In this document: positions 10,262-20,147 of the stretch, one piece after another
Layout of the letters: each line of letters begins with the position of its first letter
How positions within the stretch are numbered: position 1 is the first letter of the stretch
NCBI GenBank assembly: GCA_963555815.3
Contig: CAUVWX020000001.1
Span: forward strand, 384,001 to 448,000
Source of the DNA: a bacterium
GTDB lineage: Bacteria > UBA8248 > JACPRG01 > G963555815
Length of the DNA: 64,000 bases
Direction: 5' to 3'
The notes under the pieces: model-generated
The model's database searches: none
What the model was told of the DNA's origin: nothing
Seen by the model: the letters and a program-made list of their open reading frames with translations, nothing else
Made by a program: the position numbers and the translations under genes

Positions 10262-11048
10262 CGTCCAGCCGGGGGGGTCCCGCCGGTGTTTTTCTCATCA
10301 CGTTTGTGTCACCCGATTCCTGTGTATCTCTGAATTCGTAGGTGGACACTATCTGCGATGGATCCACGGGCGAGAGATCCACGGGCAGCAGGTCGGCGAA
10401 GTACCTGGTGTCGCGCGAGACCACCTCGCCGACGGTGATGCCGACGGGCCGGTTGAAGATCGGTCCGTCGTAGACGTATGAGTGAAACTCGCCATTTTCA
10501 CCGCATGGATCGACACCTTCGGGAAGGTCGCGGATCAGATCGGCGTCGATCGCACGGCCGGCGAATCCCTCTCCAAGTTTCTTTCCGTCTACACAACAGA
10601 GACGCGCCTTGAAGCCCAGATCAATGAACGCATGCACCAATTCCGTCGTGTCACGGCGCCAGATCGGGAAAATCCCTTTCATGTCGACCTTTGCCAGGTT
10701 GCGCTCGCGGTATTCACGCAGATCCTGAAGGAAGATGTCTCCGAACGCGACCGTCAGGACGCCGGCGTCCTTGTAATCGAGCATCACCTTCTTCATCGCC
10801 GCTTCGTAGTCTGTGTTGGTGCAAACGTACGAGGGCAGATACAACTTGTGTAGTCGTACACCCAGGGCCGCAGCCTGCTGTTCCAACAGCTCCGTACGCA
10901 CGCCGTGGTGACTGATGCGCTCATACTGCTTGGCGACCGTTGCGAGGAGTGACACGACCTCGTAACGGTCACTCCTGAGCAACTCATAGAGCGCTAACGC
11001 ACTGTCCTTGCCGCCGCTCCATGAAAGCACAATCTTTTCTTTTCCCAT
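10248..11048 (-). CDS. Dph6/DUF71-like PP-loop ATP pyrophosphatase
   Basis: SWSGGKDS, FGDIFL, DPCGENGEFHS. Confidence 0.88.
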   Translation of the reverse strand: MGKEKIVLSWSGGKDSALALYELLRSDRYEVVSLLATVAKQYERISHHGVRTELLEQQAAALGVRLHKLYLPSYVCTNTDYEAAMKKVMLDYKDAGVLTVAFGDIFLQDLREYRERNLAKVDMKGIFPIWRRDTTELVHAFIDLGFKARLCCVDGKKLGEGFAGRAIDADLIRDLPEGVDPCGENGEFHSYVYDGPIFNRPVGITVGEVVSRDTRYFADLLPVDLSPVDPSQIVSTYEFRDTQESGDTNVMRKTPAGPPRLDATAP

Positions 11049-11211
11049 GCGCCTTTATATCCCCCGGCTTAAACGGCTCTCGGCCTCGGATGGGCGGTCC
11101 GCGAGACGAACACGGCCGCCCTCTCTACGGATGCCTCTCAAGCGTGGCGGGCGTTTGGTGAGCGAATGATACTGGCAGGTGAAATTGTGAAGGGGGCCTC
11201 TTTGCCCCTCC

Positions 11212-13794
11212 TTAAAATCCCTCATCTTCCTCATCGGGGATGATGGCGGGGAGATCCGGTTCATCTTCGGGGAAGTCTTCCGAACGGGCGGCCGCCTCTT
11301 CCTCTTCCTCCTGAGCGTGCGGCGCCGGCGCTCCCGCCCGTCCAAATTCCCGAAGGCCCTCGGCGAGCTCCTGGAAGCGGCGGTTCACGCGATCATGGAC
11401 AGACCCCTCGGTGAAGTTCCCGTCGGGCTCCATCTTTCCGGCCGGAGTGCCCGTGAGGACCTCGATCCCACCGTCCACCGTCGAGACCGGATAGACGTGG
11501 AACTGTCCAGCCGCCACGGCCTCGACGACATCGTCTCGGAGCATGAGGTGAGGGATATTCTGATGGGGGATGAGCACCCCCTGATCCCCCGTCAGACCCT
11601 TGGCCTTGCAGACATCGAAGAAGCCTTCGACCTTCTCATTGACGCCGCCGATGGGCTGGATCTCCCCCTTCTGATTGACGGAGCCGGTCACCGCGATCCC
11701 CTGCCGCATGGGCAGGCCCGAGAGGCTGGAAAGGAGGGCGTAGAGTTCTGTGGAGGAAGCGCTGTCCCCCTCGATACCCTCATAGGACTGCTCGAAGCAG
11801 AGGCTTGCCGACACGGACATGGGCCGCCCAGAGCCGTACTTGCCCCCTAGATAGCCACTGAGGATGAGAACCCCCTTGTCGTGAATGCGGCCGCTCAGCT
11901 TCGACTCCCGCTCGATGTTGATAACTCCCTCTTCTCCCATATAGGTCTCGATTGTAATCCGCGAGGGCTTGCCGAAGCGATAGTCGCCGAGGTCATAGAC
12001 GGCCAGGCCGTTGATCTGGCCAACCTTTTCCCCTTCGATGTCCACCAGGATGATGCCGTCGGTGATGAACTCTTGGAGGCGCTCCTCTGTCAGATTGGAT
12101 CGGATGCGCCTCTCGTCGATGGCCCGCTGGACATCTTCTGCCCGGACGACAGAACTGCTGGCCTGCTCTGCCCAATAGTGGGACTCCCAGAGGAGATCCA
12201 GGATCTCGCTGAAGCGCGTCGAGAGCTTCTTCTGATCGTCCACCGTCCTGGCGGCGTATTCCACGATCCGAGCGACCGCCTCCCGGTGGAAGCCACAGAG
12301 CCCCTTCTCATCGCACTGGGCGGCGATGAAGGCGGCGTAGCCGTTGAGGTGTGCCTGGGAGCGCTCCATGCGGGTATCGAAGTCCGCCTTGACTTTGAAG
12401 ATCTTCCGAAAGTCATCCTCATACTGATAGAGAAGCTGATAGATGTCAGGGTTCCCCACCATGACCACTTTGAGCTGCGTCGGGATGGGCGTCGGCTTGG
12501 GCCCCCCGAGGGAGAAGAGGCCCATGGTCTCCCCAAGCTCCTCGATGGTCACCTGCTCGGTCTTGAGGGTCCGCTTCAGGGCGTTCCACACCCCCGGGTT
12601 GATGAGGACATCGAGCGCGTTGAGGATGAGATAGCCCCCGTTGGCCCGGCTGACGGAGCCCGCCTTGATCATCGTCACATCGGTGACATAGGTCCCGAAG
12701 ACGGCCTTCTTCTCAATGTTGCCAAAGAGGTTCTGAAAGGTCGGGTTCGTCTCCACGATGACCGGTGCGTGGTCCAGCCCCGAGTTATCGACAAAGAGGT
12801 TCACCTCGTAGCGGACAAAGGGATCCGCAGCCGGCCCCCGGGGGATCATGAAGGGGAACTGGGGGGCGTCCGGTCCGGAGTCTGAATCCCCTTCTGGCGC
12901 CTGGGGGGGTGCCCCCTCGGGCGCCTCCCGGCGAAAATCCTCAAGGTGAGAGAGCATGCTCTCTTGGATGTCCTTGAGATGGTTCAGAATCTCGGGAAAC
13001 TCCTGGTAGGCCTCTCGGATCTCCTCCATCCGGGTGCCCACGGCCATGAGCCCGACTTCCCGCTGGAGTCCCCGGGCCTTTTCCCGCATCTTCTTCTCCA
13101 ACTGCTTCATCTGCTTCACGAACTCGGCCAGCCGGCTGTTGAAAGCCATCCGCTTCTTCTCGATGGCCTCTCGAACCTCGGGGTCGAGGGCGTTATACTG
13201 CTCCTCACTGAGGATCAAGTCATTGAGCATGGGGACGAGGAGGAGGCCCTGCTGGGAACCCTGGATGGCAAAGCCCTCCGCCTTGGCGTCTTTCTCCAGC
13301 TCCTGATAGAGGGTCTGCTGGCGGGTCTGTCTCTCCTCTACGATCTGGGTACGACGCTTCTCGAACTCCTCTCCTTCAAAGGCCTTGGGGATTTCGATCC
13401 TGAGGTCCTGCAGGAGTTCCGCCATATCCTCACGAAACTTTTTGCCCCGGCCTGCCGGGAGCCTCAGGGCGACGGGGCGATCGGAGTCAGAGAAGTTGTG
13501 GACATAGCACCAGTCGTCGGGGACCGGACGATCCCGCACCTGCTCCAGACAGAAATTACGGCAGATGGAGGTCTTCCCCGTCCCGGCCAAACCCGCCACG
13601 TAGATGTTGTAACCCGGGTGGTTGATGGTAAGACCGAATTGAAGGGCGCGAGCCGCCCTGTCCTGACCCAGGATCCCTTGAACGGGCGCGATCTCCGAGG
13701 TGGTCTCAAAGGAAAAAACGGCGGGATCGCAGCGCCAACGAAGGGCCTCAGGAGGAAGCTCTCTTGCCTTCAGGCTGGTTGTCTCTTTATTCAC
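11212..13794 (-). CDS. LonC/YcbZ-type Lon-family protease
   Basis: GQDRA, GLAGTGKT, coiled-coil insert, GDSASS Ser and GGVNEK Lys dyad; Walker B degenerate (YLILNA). Confidence 0.9.
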   Translation of the reverse strand: MNKETTSLKARELPPEALRWRCDPAVFSFETTSEIAPVQGILGQDRAARALQFGLTINHPGYNIYVAGLAGTGKTSICRNFCLEQVRDRPVPDDWCYVHNFSDSDRPVALRLPAGRGKKFREDMAELLQDLRIEIPKAFEGEEFEKRRTQIVEERQTRQQTLYQELEKDAKAEGFAIQGSQQGLLLVPMLNDLILSEEQYNALDPEVREAIEKKRMAFNSRLAEFVKQMKQLEKKMREKARGLQREVGLMAVGTRMEEIREAYQEFPEILNHLKDIQESMLSHLEDFRREAPEGAPPQAPEGDSDSGPDAPQFPFMIPRGPAADPFVRYEVNLFVDNSGLDHAPVIVETNPTFQNLFGNIEKKAVFGTYVTDVTMIKAGSVSRANGGYLILNALDVLINPGVWNALKRTLKTEQVTIEELGETMGLFSLGGPKPTPIPTQLKVVMVGNPDIYQLLYQYEDDFRKIFKVKADFDTRMERSQAHLNGYAAFIAAQCDEKGLCGFHREAVARIVEYAARTVDDQKKLSTRFSEILDLLWESHYWAEQASSSVVRAEDVQRAIDERRIRSNLTEERLQEFITDGIILVDIEGEKVGQINGLAVYDLGDYRFGKPSRITIETYMGEEGVINIERESKLSGRIHDKGVLILSGYLGGKYGSGRPMSVSASLCFEQSYEGIEGDSASSTELYALLSSLSGLPMRQGIAVTGSVNQKGEIQPIGGVNEKVEGFFDVCKAKGLTGDQGVLIPHQNIPHLMLRDDVVEAVAAGQFHVYPVSTVDGGIEVLTGTPAGKMEPDGNFTEGSVHDRVNRRFQELAEGLREFGRAGAPAPHAQEEEEEAAARSEDFPEDEPDLPAIIPDEEDEGF

Positions 13795-14186
13795 CGGTTT
13801 TCTCCACCTGTCCGCTTCCCTTTGTCCTGTTCTTCCATCAAGCCCGTCGGTGACCCACGATGGAATTCAAGATGAGAGAGGGAATCCGAAGAACTCCGCC
13901 TTGTCCTAAAACCATTGGATTCGGGAGAAGAGATATTCTCCTTTCCAGAATCTATATGTCCTTCAGTGGGTAAAATCAAGAATGACCTCGGAAAGTCCCT
14001 AAGTCGGGGTCTCCCCGAACAAACTTCAGGAAAATTAGGGGGATCGACGGCTTTGGGTGCAAAAAATATCGCAAACAAAACAAATTTTTTGCGAAAGATA
14101 GCCCCTTATTTCCAGCCTTGCGTAACGCGGAACATATGGCTCGGATTTTTAGGGCTCACGCCCAGGCGTCATATACCCCCTGCCCT

Positions 14187-14801
14187 CTACTTCAGGACGA
14201 GGAGCTGGATAACCCCACAGGCGATGCGGGCCCCGGCATTTCCGCTGGGGTTGCTCTTTTCGTCATCAGGGCCGGCGTGAATGACCAAGGCCGTGCCGTC
14301 GGGATGAAAGGGATCGAAGAGCGAATGCTTCCCTGAGCCGAGGGTGACAAACGGGGCGTCCGACTCCACAACGGCGGTGCCGTCGTCCCCTACCGTGATA
14401 TTCGGCAGATCCCCGGCATGCGGTCCCTCTGGGTTTTTCAACCCGTGCCCCTTCTCATGGGGGTTGAAGTGACCGCCGGCCGATTTGAAGTCCGGTGGAT
14501 CGCACTGACCGATCGAGTGGATGTGGAAGGCGTGGGTCCCCGGCGGGAGATTAGAAATTTGGAGGGCGATCTTGGCGCCTTGTCGAGTCGCCGCCGTGAT
14601 GGTCGCAGTTCCCACCGTCTCTCCCTCTGCGTTAATCAACTCCACCCTCCCCTCGATGGCCTTTGGGGTTGTACCCATGGCTATCTGCGTCTCTGTCCCT
14701 GAATTGCGCAGCTCGGCCTTCGCTGTGTCGGCGCCCGCCTGACCGTAGACGACAGTGCTGAACACGAGCAACCCCCCGGCGACAAGCGTTGTGTGCTTCA
14801 T
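14187..14801 (-). CDS. sodC: Periplasmic Cu/Zn superoxide dismutase
   Basis: Signal peptide, [32 protein letters not shown]. Confidence 0.93.
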   Translation of the reverse strand: MKHTTLVAGGLLVFSTVVYGQAGADTAKAELRNSGTETQIAMGTTPKAIEGRVELINAEGETVGTATITAATRQGAKIALQISNLPPGTHAFHIHSIGQCDPPDFKSAGGHFNPHEKGHGLKNPEGPHAGDLPNITVGDDGTAVVESDAPFVTLGSGKHSLFDPFHPDGTALVIHAGPDDEKSNPSGNAGARIACGVIQLLVLK

Positions 14802-14839
14802 GTGTGTCCCCTCCTCTTAGCAGTATGGTCTCTCGCGGC

Positions 14840-14932
14840 TCACGGGAGCTGTTGCTTCAACATCATGAAACAATCCGTGATGCCGTTCGCCTGGTCCACC
14901 GAATTGATGATGTCGTACTCCCATCGATTCAC
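14840..14932 (-). CDS. Small 30-aa ORF MNRWEYDIINSVDQANGITDCFMMLKQQLP, possibly a DUF4177-like remnant
   Basis: GGGAGGA RBS 7 nt before GTG; N-terminal WEY motif; lies between a promoter and sodC. Confidence 0.35.
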   Translation of the reverse strand: MNRWEYDIINSVDQANGITDCFMMLKQQLP

Positions 14933-15031
14933 CCCCTGGTCCTCCCGATGGAAACACCCACCCTCGGGAACTCAATTGAAATCCTCGGCTCACCTCCTCG
15001 TGGCTGACTCCTGAACAAGATTGTGATGTTC

Positions 15032-15061
15032 ATTATACTTTTTTGTCTTATTCGGTCTCAA
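15032..15061 (-). promoter_or_regulatory. Sigma70-type promoter towards sodC
   Basis: Minus strand TTGAGA-18 nt-TATAAT. Confidence 0.5.
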
Positions 15062-15133
15062 GACGATTCGCTAGAACAGGGCCACAATCCATGATGGACA
15101 CGCACACCAGGGTCTATCTCGATCTCCACCGAC

Positions 15134-15153
15134 ACCCCCCCCTACCCCCCCCT
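15134..15153. repeat. Tandem (ACCCCCCCCT)x2 in the divergent promoter region
   Basis: Two C8 runs directly visible. Confidence 0.8.
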
Positions 15154-15166
15154 GAAGGGTCCCTCC

Positions 15167-15195
15167 TTGCGGGCCCAGGAGCATTTTGCTAGAAT
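15167..15195 (+). promoter_or_regulatory. Sigma70-type promoter of dcyD
   Basis: TTGCGG-17 nt-TAGAAT with extended -10 TG. Confidence 0.5.
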
Positions 15196-15213
15196 TTTCC
15201 CCTCAGGGGAGGA

Positions 15214-16308
15214 GTGCTCCAAAGAGGAATCCGTTTTCTTCTACCAGGCCTCCCGTCTCGCCCTCTGGACTCTTTGACGAGCGTGAAGATATCTCTTCCG
15301 CCTAAGCTGAATCTTGCCCTTCTGCCGACCCGCATCGAGCGCCTGGCAAGGGTGAGTGAACGAGTCAGCCGGGAGATCTACATCAAGCGGGATGACCTGA
15401 CCGAAGCCGCCGGAAGCGGAAACAAGATCAGAAAGCTCGAATTCCTCCTCAAGGCGGCCTTGGAGGCGGGAGCCGATACCCTCGTCACCTGCGGGGGTCT
15501 TCAGTCTAACCACTGCCGCGCCACCGCCCTTCTGGGCAGACGACTCGGACTCTCAAGCGTCCTCATCCTAAGAGGTTCGCCCCAAGAACCATTGGATGGA
15601 AATTTTTTGCTCGACCGGCTCCTGGGGGCAGAGGTGGTCTACGTGACGGCCGAGGAGTACGAGCGGCGGGCAGAAATCTTCGAGGAGATCGCCTCCCGGC
15701 TAAGGGCAGAGGGCAAAAAGCCCTACCTCATCCCAGAAGGAGGGAGCAACGCCCTCGGGGCCTCTGGTTACGTTGCCATGGTCGAGGAACTCCTCGAACA
15801 GATGTCACAGCAGAATCTTTCTTTCGATTCCATCCTCTGCCCCGTTGGGTCCGGAGGGACGCTGGCGGGGCTTCTGATAGGCAAATATCTCTATGGCCTC
15901 TCGGCCGAGATCTTTGGCGTCGACGTCGAGGGGGATACCCCCTACCTCGTGAGTCAGGTGGACGCCATCATCCGGGAGGCGAGAGAGACCCTGGGGTTTC
16001 CGGTGGAGGTGCCTGCGGAAGCAATCCACATCCTGGAGGGATACGAGGGTCTTGGCTATGCGAAGAGCACCCCCCAGGAGATGTCCCTCATCGCCGAGGT
16101 GGCCCAGCAGGAGGGAATTGTCCTGGACCCCGTCTACACGGCAAAAACCTTTCGAGGGCTGATGGAAGAGGTCTCGGGAAAGGGGGAGAGGGCTGGGCGT
16201 CTTGGCCGCCGAATCCTCTTCCTCCACACAGGGGGGATCTTCGGCCTTTTCCCCCAGCGGAGACTTCTCGAGACGGTCCTTCTTGGGGAGGTGGCTCGAA
16301 AATCTTGA
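15214..16308 (+). CDS. dcyD: D-cysteine desulfhydrase / ACC deaminase family PLP enzyme
   Basis: KRDD..GNKIRKLE, QSNHCR, GSGGT, LDPVYT, LHTGG; start may be GTG at 15283. Confidence 0.85.
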   Translation: MLQRGIRFLLPGLPSRPLDSLTSVKISLPPKLNLALLPTRIERLARVSERVSREIYIKRDDLTEAAGSGNKIRKLEFLLKAALEAGADTLVTCGGLQSNHCRATALLGRRLGLSSVLILRGSPQEPLDGNFLLDRLLGAEVVYVTAEEYERRAEIFEEIASRLRAEGKKPYLIPEGGSNALGASGYVAMVEELLEQMSQQNLSFDSILCPVGSGGTLAGLLIGKYLYGLSAEIFGVDVEGDTPYLVSQVDAIIREARETLGFPVEVPAEAIHILEGYEGLGYAKSTPQEMSLIAEVAQQEGIVLDPVYTAKTFRGLMEEVSGKGERAGRLGRRILFLHTGGIFGLFPQRRLLETVLLGEVARKS

Positions 16309-17282
16309 GCGCAACGTGCACCCTTGGCCAGGGTTCTTGTCTCACCTTCGGCGTCAGCCTGGGAGGGCCCTTTATTTATGGGGTCCCAGAACCCGCTTGG
16401 TTCTATTCCGCCGTCGAGGAGATCGAGGATCTCGGTTATGACGCCGTCTGGGTCAGCGACCACATCGTCACGCCGGACCCCATTCAGGACAGCCTCATCC
16501 TCCTTGCCGCCTTTGCGGCCAGAACCCGGCGAATCCTCCTCGGGACCGGAGTCTTCCTGCTCGCCCTTCGGCATCCCACGCTCGCCGCGAAATCCCTCTC
16601 CATCCTGGATCTATTGTCAGAGGGGCGAGTCATCCTGGGGGTCGGGGTGGGGGGCGAGTTCCCAAAGGAGTTTGAGGCTTGTGGGGTCTCCATGCGAGAA
16701 CGGGGCCGTCGCACAAACGAAGCCCTGGACGTCATCCGACAGCTCTGGCGCGAGGAGCATGTGACCCACCGGGGGCGCTTTTTTTCCTTCGAGGACGTGT
16801 CCTTGAAACCCCCGCCCGCCCAGCAGGGGGGTCCCCCGATTTGGATCGGCGGCCGCACGGAGGCGGCCCTTCGCCGGGCGGTCGAGCGGGGGGACGGCTG
16901 GATGAGCTACCTCGTCACTCCGGAACGCTTTCGCCGAAGCCTAGAATCACTTGGAGAGCTGGCCCGGAAGAATGGGAGAAGCCTTGAAGGTTTTTCGACC
17001 TCCCATCTGCACTTCCTTTTCGTCTCGGACTCTCTAGAGAAGGCGAGAAAGATCGCCGTCGACAACCTAACCCGAACTTATCACCAACCCTTTGACTCCC
17101 TTGTGGACAAATACTGCGCCCTGGGCCCTCCTGAAGCCTGCGTGGAGGATCTTTGGCGATATCACGAGGCAGGGGTGCGCCATATTGTCCTGCGCCCCAC
17201 CTGCCCCACGGAGGAGTTTTTGCCCCAGCTCAGGCGCCTTGCCCGGGAAGTGATCCCAGAGCTAAAAAAACGGGCGTCTTAA
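16305..17282 (+). CDS. LLM-class flavin/F420-dependent oxidoreductase
   Basis: GYDAVWVSDH, DLLSEGRVILGVGVG, PPIWIGG. Confidence 0.88.
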   Translation: MSATCTLGQGSCLTFGVSLGGPFIYGVPEPAWFYSAVEEIEDLGYDAVWVSDHIVTPDPIQDSLILLAAFAARTRRILLGTGVFLLALRHPTLAAKSLSILDLLSEGRVILGVGVGGEFPKEFEACGVSMRERGRRTNEALDVIRQLWREEHVTHRGRFFSFEDVSLKPPPAQQGGPPIWIGGRTEAALRRAVERGDGWMSYLVTPERFRRSLESLGELARKNGRSLEGFSTSHLHFLFVSDSLEKARKIAVDNLTRTYHQPFDSLVDKYCALGPPEACVEDLWRYHEAGVRHIVLRPTCPTEEFLPQLRRLAREVIPELKKRAS

Positions 17283-17311
17283 GAAAAACACCGCTCAAAG
17301 GGTCAGGACAT

Positions 17312-19213
17312 ATGCCGATGAAAAGACTTCGGCTCGGCTTGAAGACGTGGCAAGGGGTGGGGTGGCTATGGGTCTCCATGGGCCTTGGAGTCCTCGAGGC
17401 GGCCCGGCTCATCCTGTGGAAATTTGGTCATTCTCACTTTACGAAGGTGGACGCCTTAAACCTTTTTATCTCTTCGACGGTCCTCAATCTCTCCCTCGTC
17501 ATCGGGGTCTCCCTCATCGTTTTCTGGACGCTCCGCTACCGACACAGGAAAAAGGGGACGACCTTGACGCGGCGACACCTGCTGTGCGCCCAGGTGGCCA
17601 TTTTTGTCTCCCTCGGCTTTCTCATCTGGGTGGGACGCCTCCTCATCGTCACGGTCCCGGTCTCCATTGCCCTCTTGATTGGACTCTATCTCCTCTTCCT
17701 CAGGGTCCCGGCGAGGAGGCTCTGGGTCCTCCCGTCAGGCCTGGTGGCCGGCTTGGTCCTTCTGGCGGGCGTCGGGACCAGCCTCCTCGGCCGAGTGCCG
17801 AACGATTTCGGGGATTCCCTGGAGGCGAAGCAGCTGCGGGTCCTCCCGGCTAAATCCTCTCCGAACCTCATCCTCATCGTCCTCGACACACTTCAGGCCC
17901 ATCACCTCTCTGCGTACGGCTACTCCCGGGAAACCTCTCCCTTTCTATCCAAGCTGGCGACCGAGGGGGTGCGTTTCTCTCGTTTCTATGCTAATTCGGC
18001 CGACACCTCTCAGACCATGGCCTCCCTCTTCACAGGCCTCTATCCCTCGGTCCACGGCGTGAAGGAGCTGGGGGTGTCCCTGCCCCAGGAAAATCTCACC
18101 CTGATGGAAATCCTCAGGGACCGTGGATATAACACCTCCTTCTTTACCACCCACTGGTTCATTGACCCGAACTATCACTTCGACCAGGGAAGCGATTACG
18201 TCTATCAGGCTTGGCAGGAGAACGGCCTGAACCACGCCCCCGGGGAGCACCTCTTCCTCTGGCTGAAGGCGGGGGCCGTCTCTCCCTCCGCCTACCAGTT
18301 CCTCCGGACTGCCAACGACTGGAAGAACCGGGGACTGGCGGCCCTCTTCGGTAGGAAGAACATGGGGGAAGCGAAATGGCTCACGGAGAAGGTCGTGGCC
18401 TACGCGGACTACATCACCCGGCGCCCGGATTACGATCCCGAACGAAACCGTTTCTCCCTCTTCGTCTTCTATCACGACCTTCATGAGCCCCGCTGTGTGC
18501 GCCCCCCCTATGACCGTATCTTTGACCCCGGGTACGCTGGACGGCCCCTTTGCCGCAAGCTTGACAAGACCGACTGGACGGACGAAATGCGCCAGAACGA
18601 GGTCGCCCGCTATGACGGCGCCATTCGGATGATAGATGACGAGCTAAGAAGGCTCTTCGCTTCTCTGGGGGAGAGGGGCTTGCTGAGGGATACCCTCGTG
18701 GCCGTGACCGCCGACCACGGAGAGGCCCTCAATGAGCACGGGGCGTATGGCCACGGGGGGACCTTCTATCAAGAGCTGATTCATATCCCCCTCATCCTCT
18801 GGGACCCCCGGCGGCTCCCTCAGGGAAAGGACGTGAGCGCTCTCGCCTCTCAGGTGGATTTCTTGCCCACCCTCCTGGAGGCCTTAGAGGTTCCGGTCCC
18901 CGAGGAGATGCAGGGACAAAGCCTCATGCCCTCCATTTTGGGGACGGGAAAAAGTCGCACGGTTTACGGAGAGAACCATCACGGGGCGGAAATATCTCAG
19001 TTTGTGATCGACGGACGCTGGAAGCTCGTCTCCCGCACAGGGGGACGCACCTCGCAAAAGCTTCTCTTTGACCTTTCCTCGGACCCACAAGAGCAGAAAA
19101 ATCTCTACGAGCAAGAGACGGAAGTGGCAAAGAAGATGGAGGCCCTCCTTGAGGTGGAGTCCAACCGAGCCGCCCCCAAAGAATCCCCAGGAGGGGAGCC
19201 CGGAGAAGATTAA
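17312..19213 (+). CDS. Membrane-anchored sulfatase-like (alkaline phosphatase superfamily) hydrolase/transferase
   Basis: N-terminal TMs, PNLILIVLDT, ASLFTGLYP, DLHEP, TADHGE, HG. Confidence 0.85.
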   Translation: MPMKRLRLGLKTWQGVGWLWVSMGLGVLEAARLILWKFGHSHFTKVDALNLFISSTVLNLSLVIGVSLIVFWTLRYRHRKKGTTLTRRHLLCAQVAIFVSLGFLIWVGRLLIVTVPVSIALLIGLYLLFLRVPARRLWVLPSGLVAGLVLLAGVGTSLLGRVPNDFGDSLEAKQLRVLPAKSSPNLILIVLDTLQAHHLSAYGYSRETSPFLSKLATEGVRFSRFYANSADTSQTMASLFTGLYPSVHGVKELGVSLPQENLTLMEILRDRGYNTSFFTTHWFIDPNYHFDQGSDYVYQAWQENGLNHAPGEHLFLWLKAGAVSPSAYQFLRTANDWKNRGLAALFGRKNMGEAKWLTEKVVAYADYITRRPDYDPERNRFSLFVFYHDLHEPRCVRPPYDRIFDPGYAGRPLCRKLDKTDWTDEMRQNEVARYDGAIRMIDDELRRLFASLGERGLLRDTLVAVTADHGEALNEHGAYGHGGTFYQELIHIPLILWDPRRLPQGKDVSALASQVDFLPTLLEALEVPVPEEMQGQSLMPSILGTGKSRTVYGENHHGAEISQFVIDGRWKLVSRTGGRTSQKLLFDLSSDPQEQKNLYEQETEVAKKMEALLEVESNRAAPKESPGGEPGED

Positions 19214-19279
19214 ACAACTGATTTTCCGGGATATCGGGCCCGGCGAGATATGGGAAGAGTGCCTCGATGAAATGGAATA

Positions 19280-19975
19280 CTATCTATACTGCCGGAGGTC
19301 AAAATTGAACGAGAGGTCCGACCCCTCGTCTCGGCGGATCACGATCTGGGCCTCCCGCCGAAGGTCCAGCCTTTCGTAGAGAAAGTCAATCCGCAGGGTT
19401 CCCTCATAAATTTTTTGTTCCTCTCGATCAGTAGTCAGGTGGGGGGGCTCGGCCTGAACCTCAGCAGGATAGATCTGCGAGCCCCGCTGCACGAAGAAGA
19501 TGTCCGTCCCGGCGAGGATACCTTGATGATAACCCTGTAAGGTGAGCTCAATGGTCAGGTGCGGGGAGGCTGCAAGGGACTCCACGATCTCTCGGTCAAT
19601 GGGTTTTTTGGCCAAGGCCTGGGCCGCGGCGTGACGGGCCAGATGGGTCCACTTGGTGTGAAGGATCGCACTTTGTATCACGGGTCCGCTCAGGGAGACC
19701 TGTCGATAGTAGGCGTTGATGAGTGTTTCCACCTGCTCGGCGTTGGCCTGACCCCACTCCAAGGCCGTCACCAGAGACTCTGAGGCGGGATCCACCAGGG
19801 GCCCCTCGCTGTGCCTCTCACCTCCCCAGGGTGGGGAGGGCGAGCTGGACCCGAGGCATCCGGCGAGGAGAAACAAAAACCCGCCACAGACCAGCCTCCA
19901 CATCCGGGCGCGCCCTCGCTGCCGGAAAGGCAGACACAAAGGGGGATCTGGGATGAGAGCCGCCTCATCTACCAA
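19280..19975 (-). CDS. Hypothetical lipoprotein
   Basis: FLFLLAGC lipobox; true start probably downstream of the track start. Confidence 0.6.
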   Translation of the reverse strand: MVDEAALIPDPPLCLPFRQRGRARMWRLVCGGFLFLLAGCLGSSSPSPPWGGERHSEGPLVDPASESLVTALEWGQANAEQVETLINAYYRQVSLSGPVIQSAILHTKWTHLARHAAAQALAKKPIDREIVESLAASPHLTIELTLQGYHQGILAGTDIFFVQRGSQIYPAEVQAEPPHLTTDREEQKIYEGTLRIDFLYERLDLRREAQIVIRRDEGSDLSFNFDLRQYR

Positions 19976-20147
19976 TGTTTATCCTCCCATCCTCTCCGCT
20001 TCATTCCCATGAAAAAAGAGGAGAGCTCGAGCCTCATCAGGCAGTTTCACTCAGGCTACCAATCCCCTGGGAAGGGGATCAACCCTTTCAATTTCGCGCA
20101 GGACGGTTTGATGAACAGACAGTGGGAAGCCTCCAGGGTCGTTAACG

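Noticed and set aside
5356..13875. Long antisense ORFs (e.g. 7362-8705, 5893-6765, 11881-12885, 12946-13875)
   Set aside because: Shadow frames of GC-rich genes on the opposite strand, with no motifs
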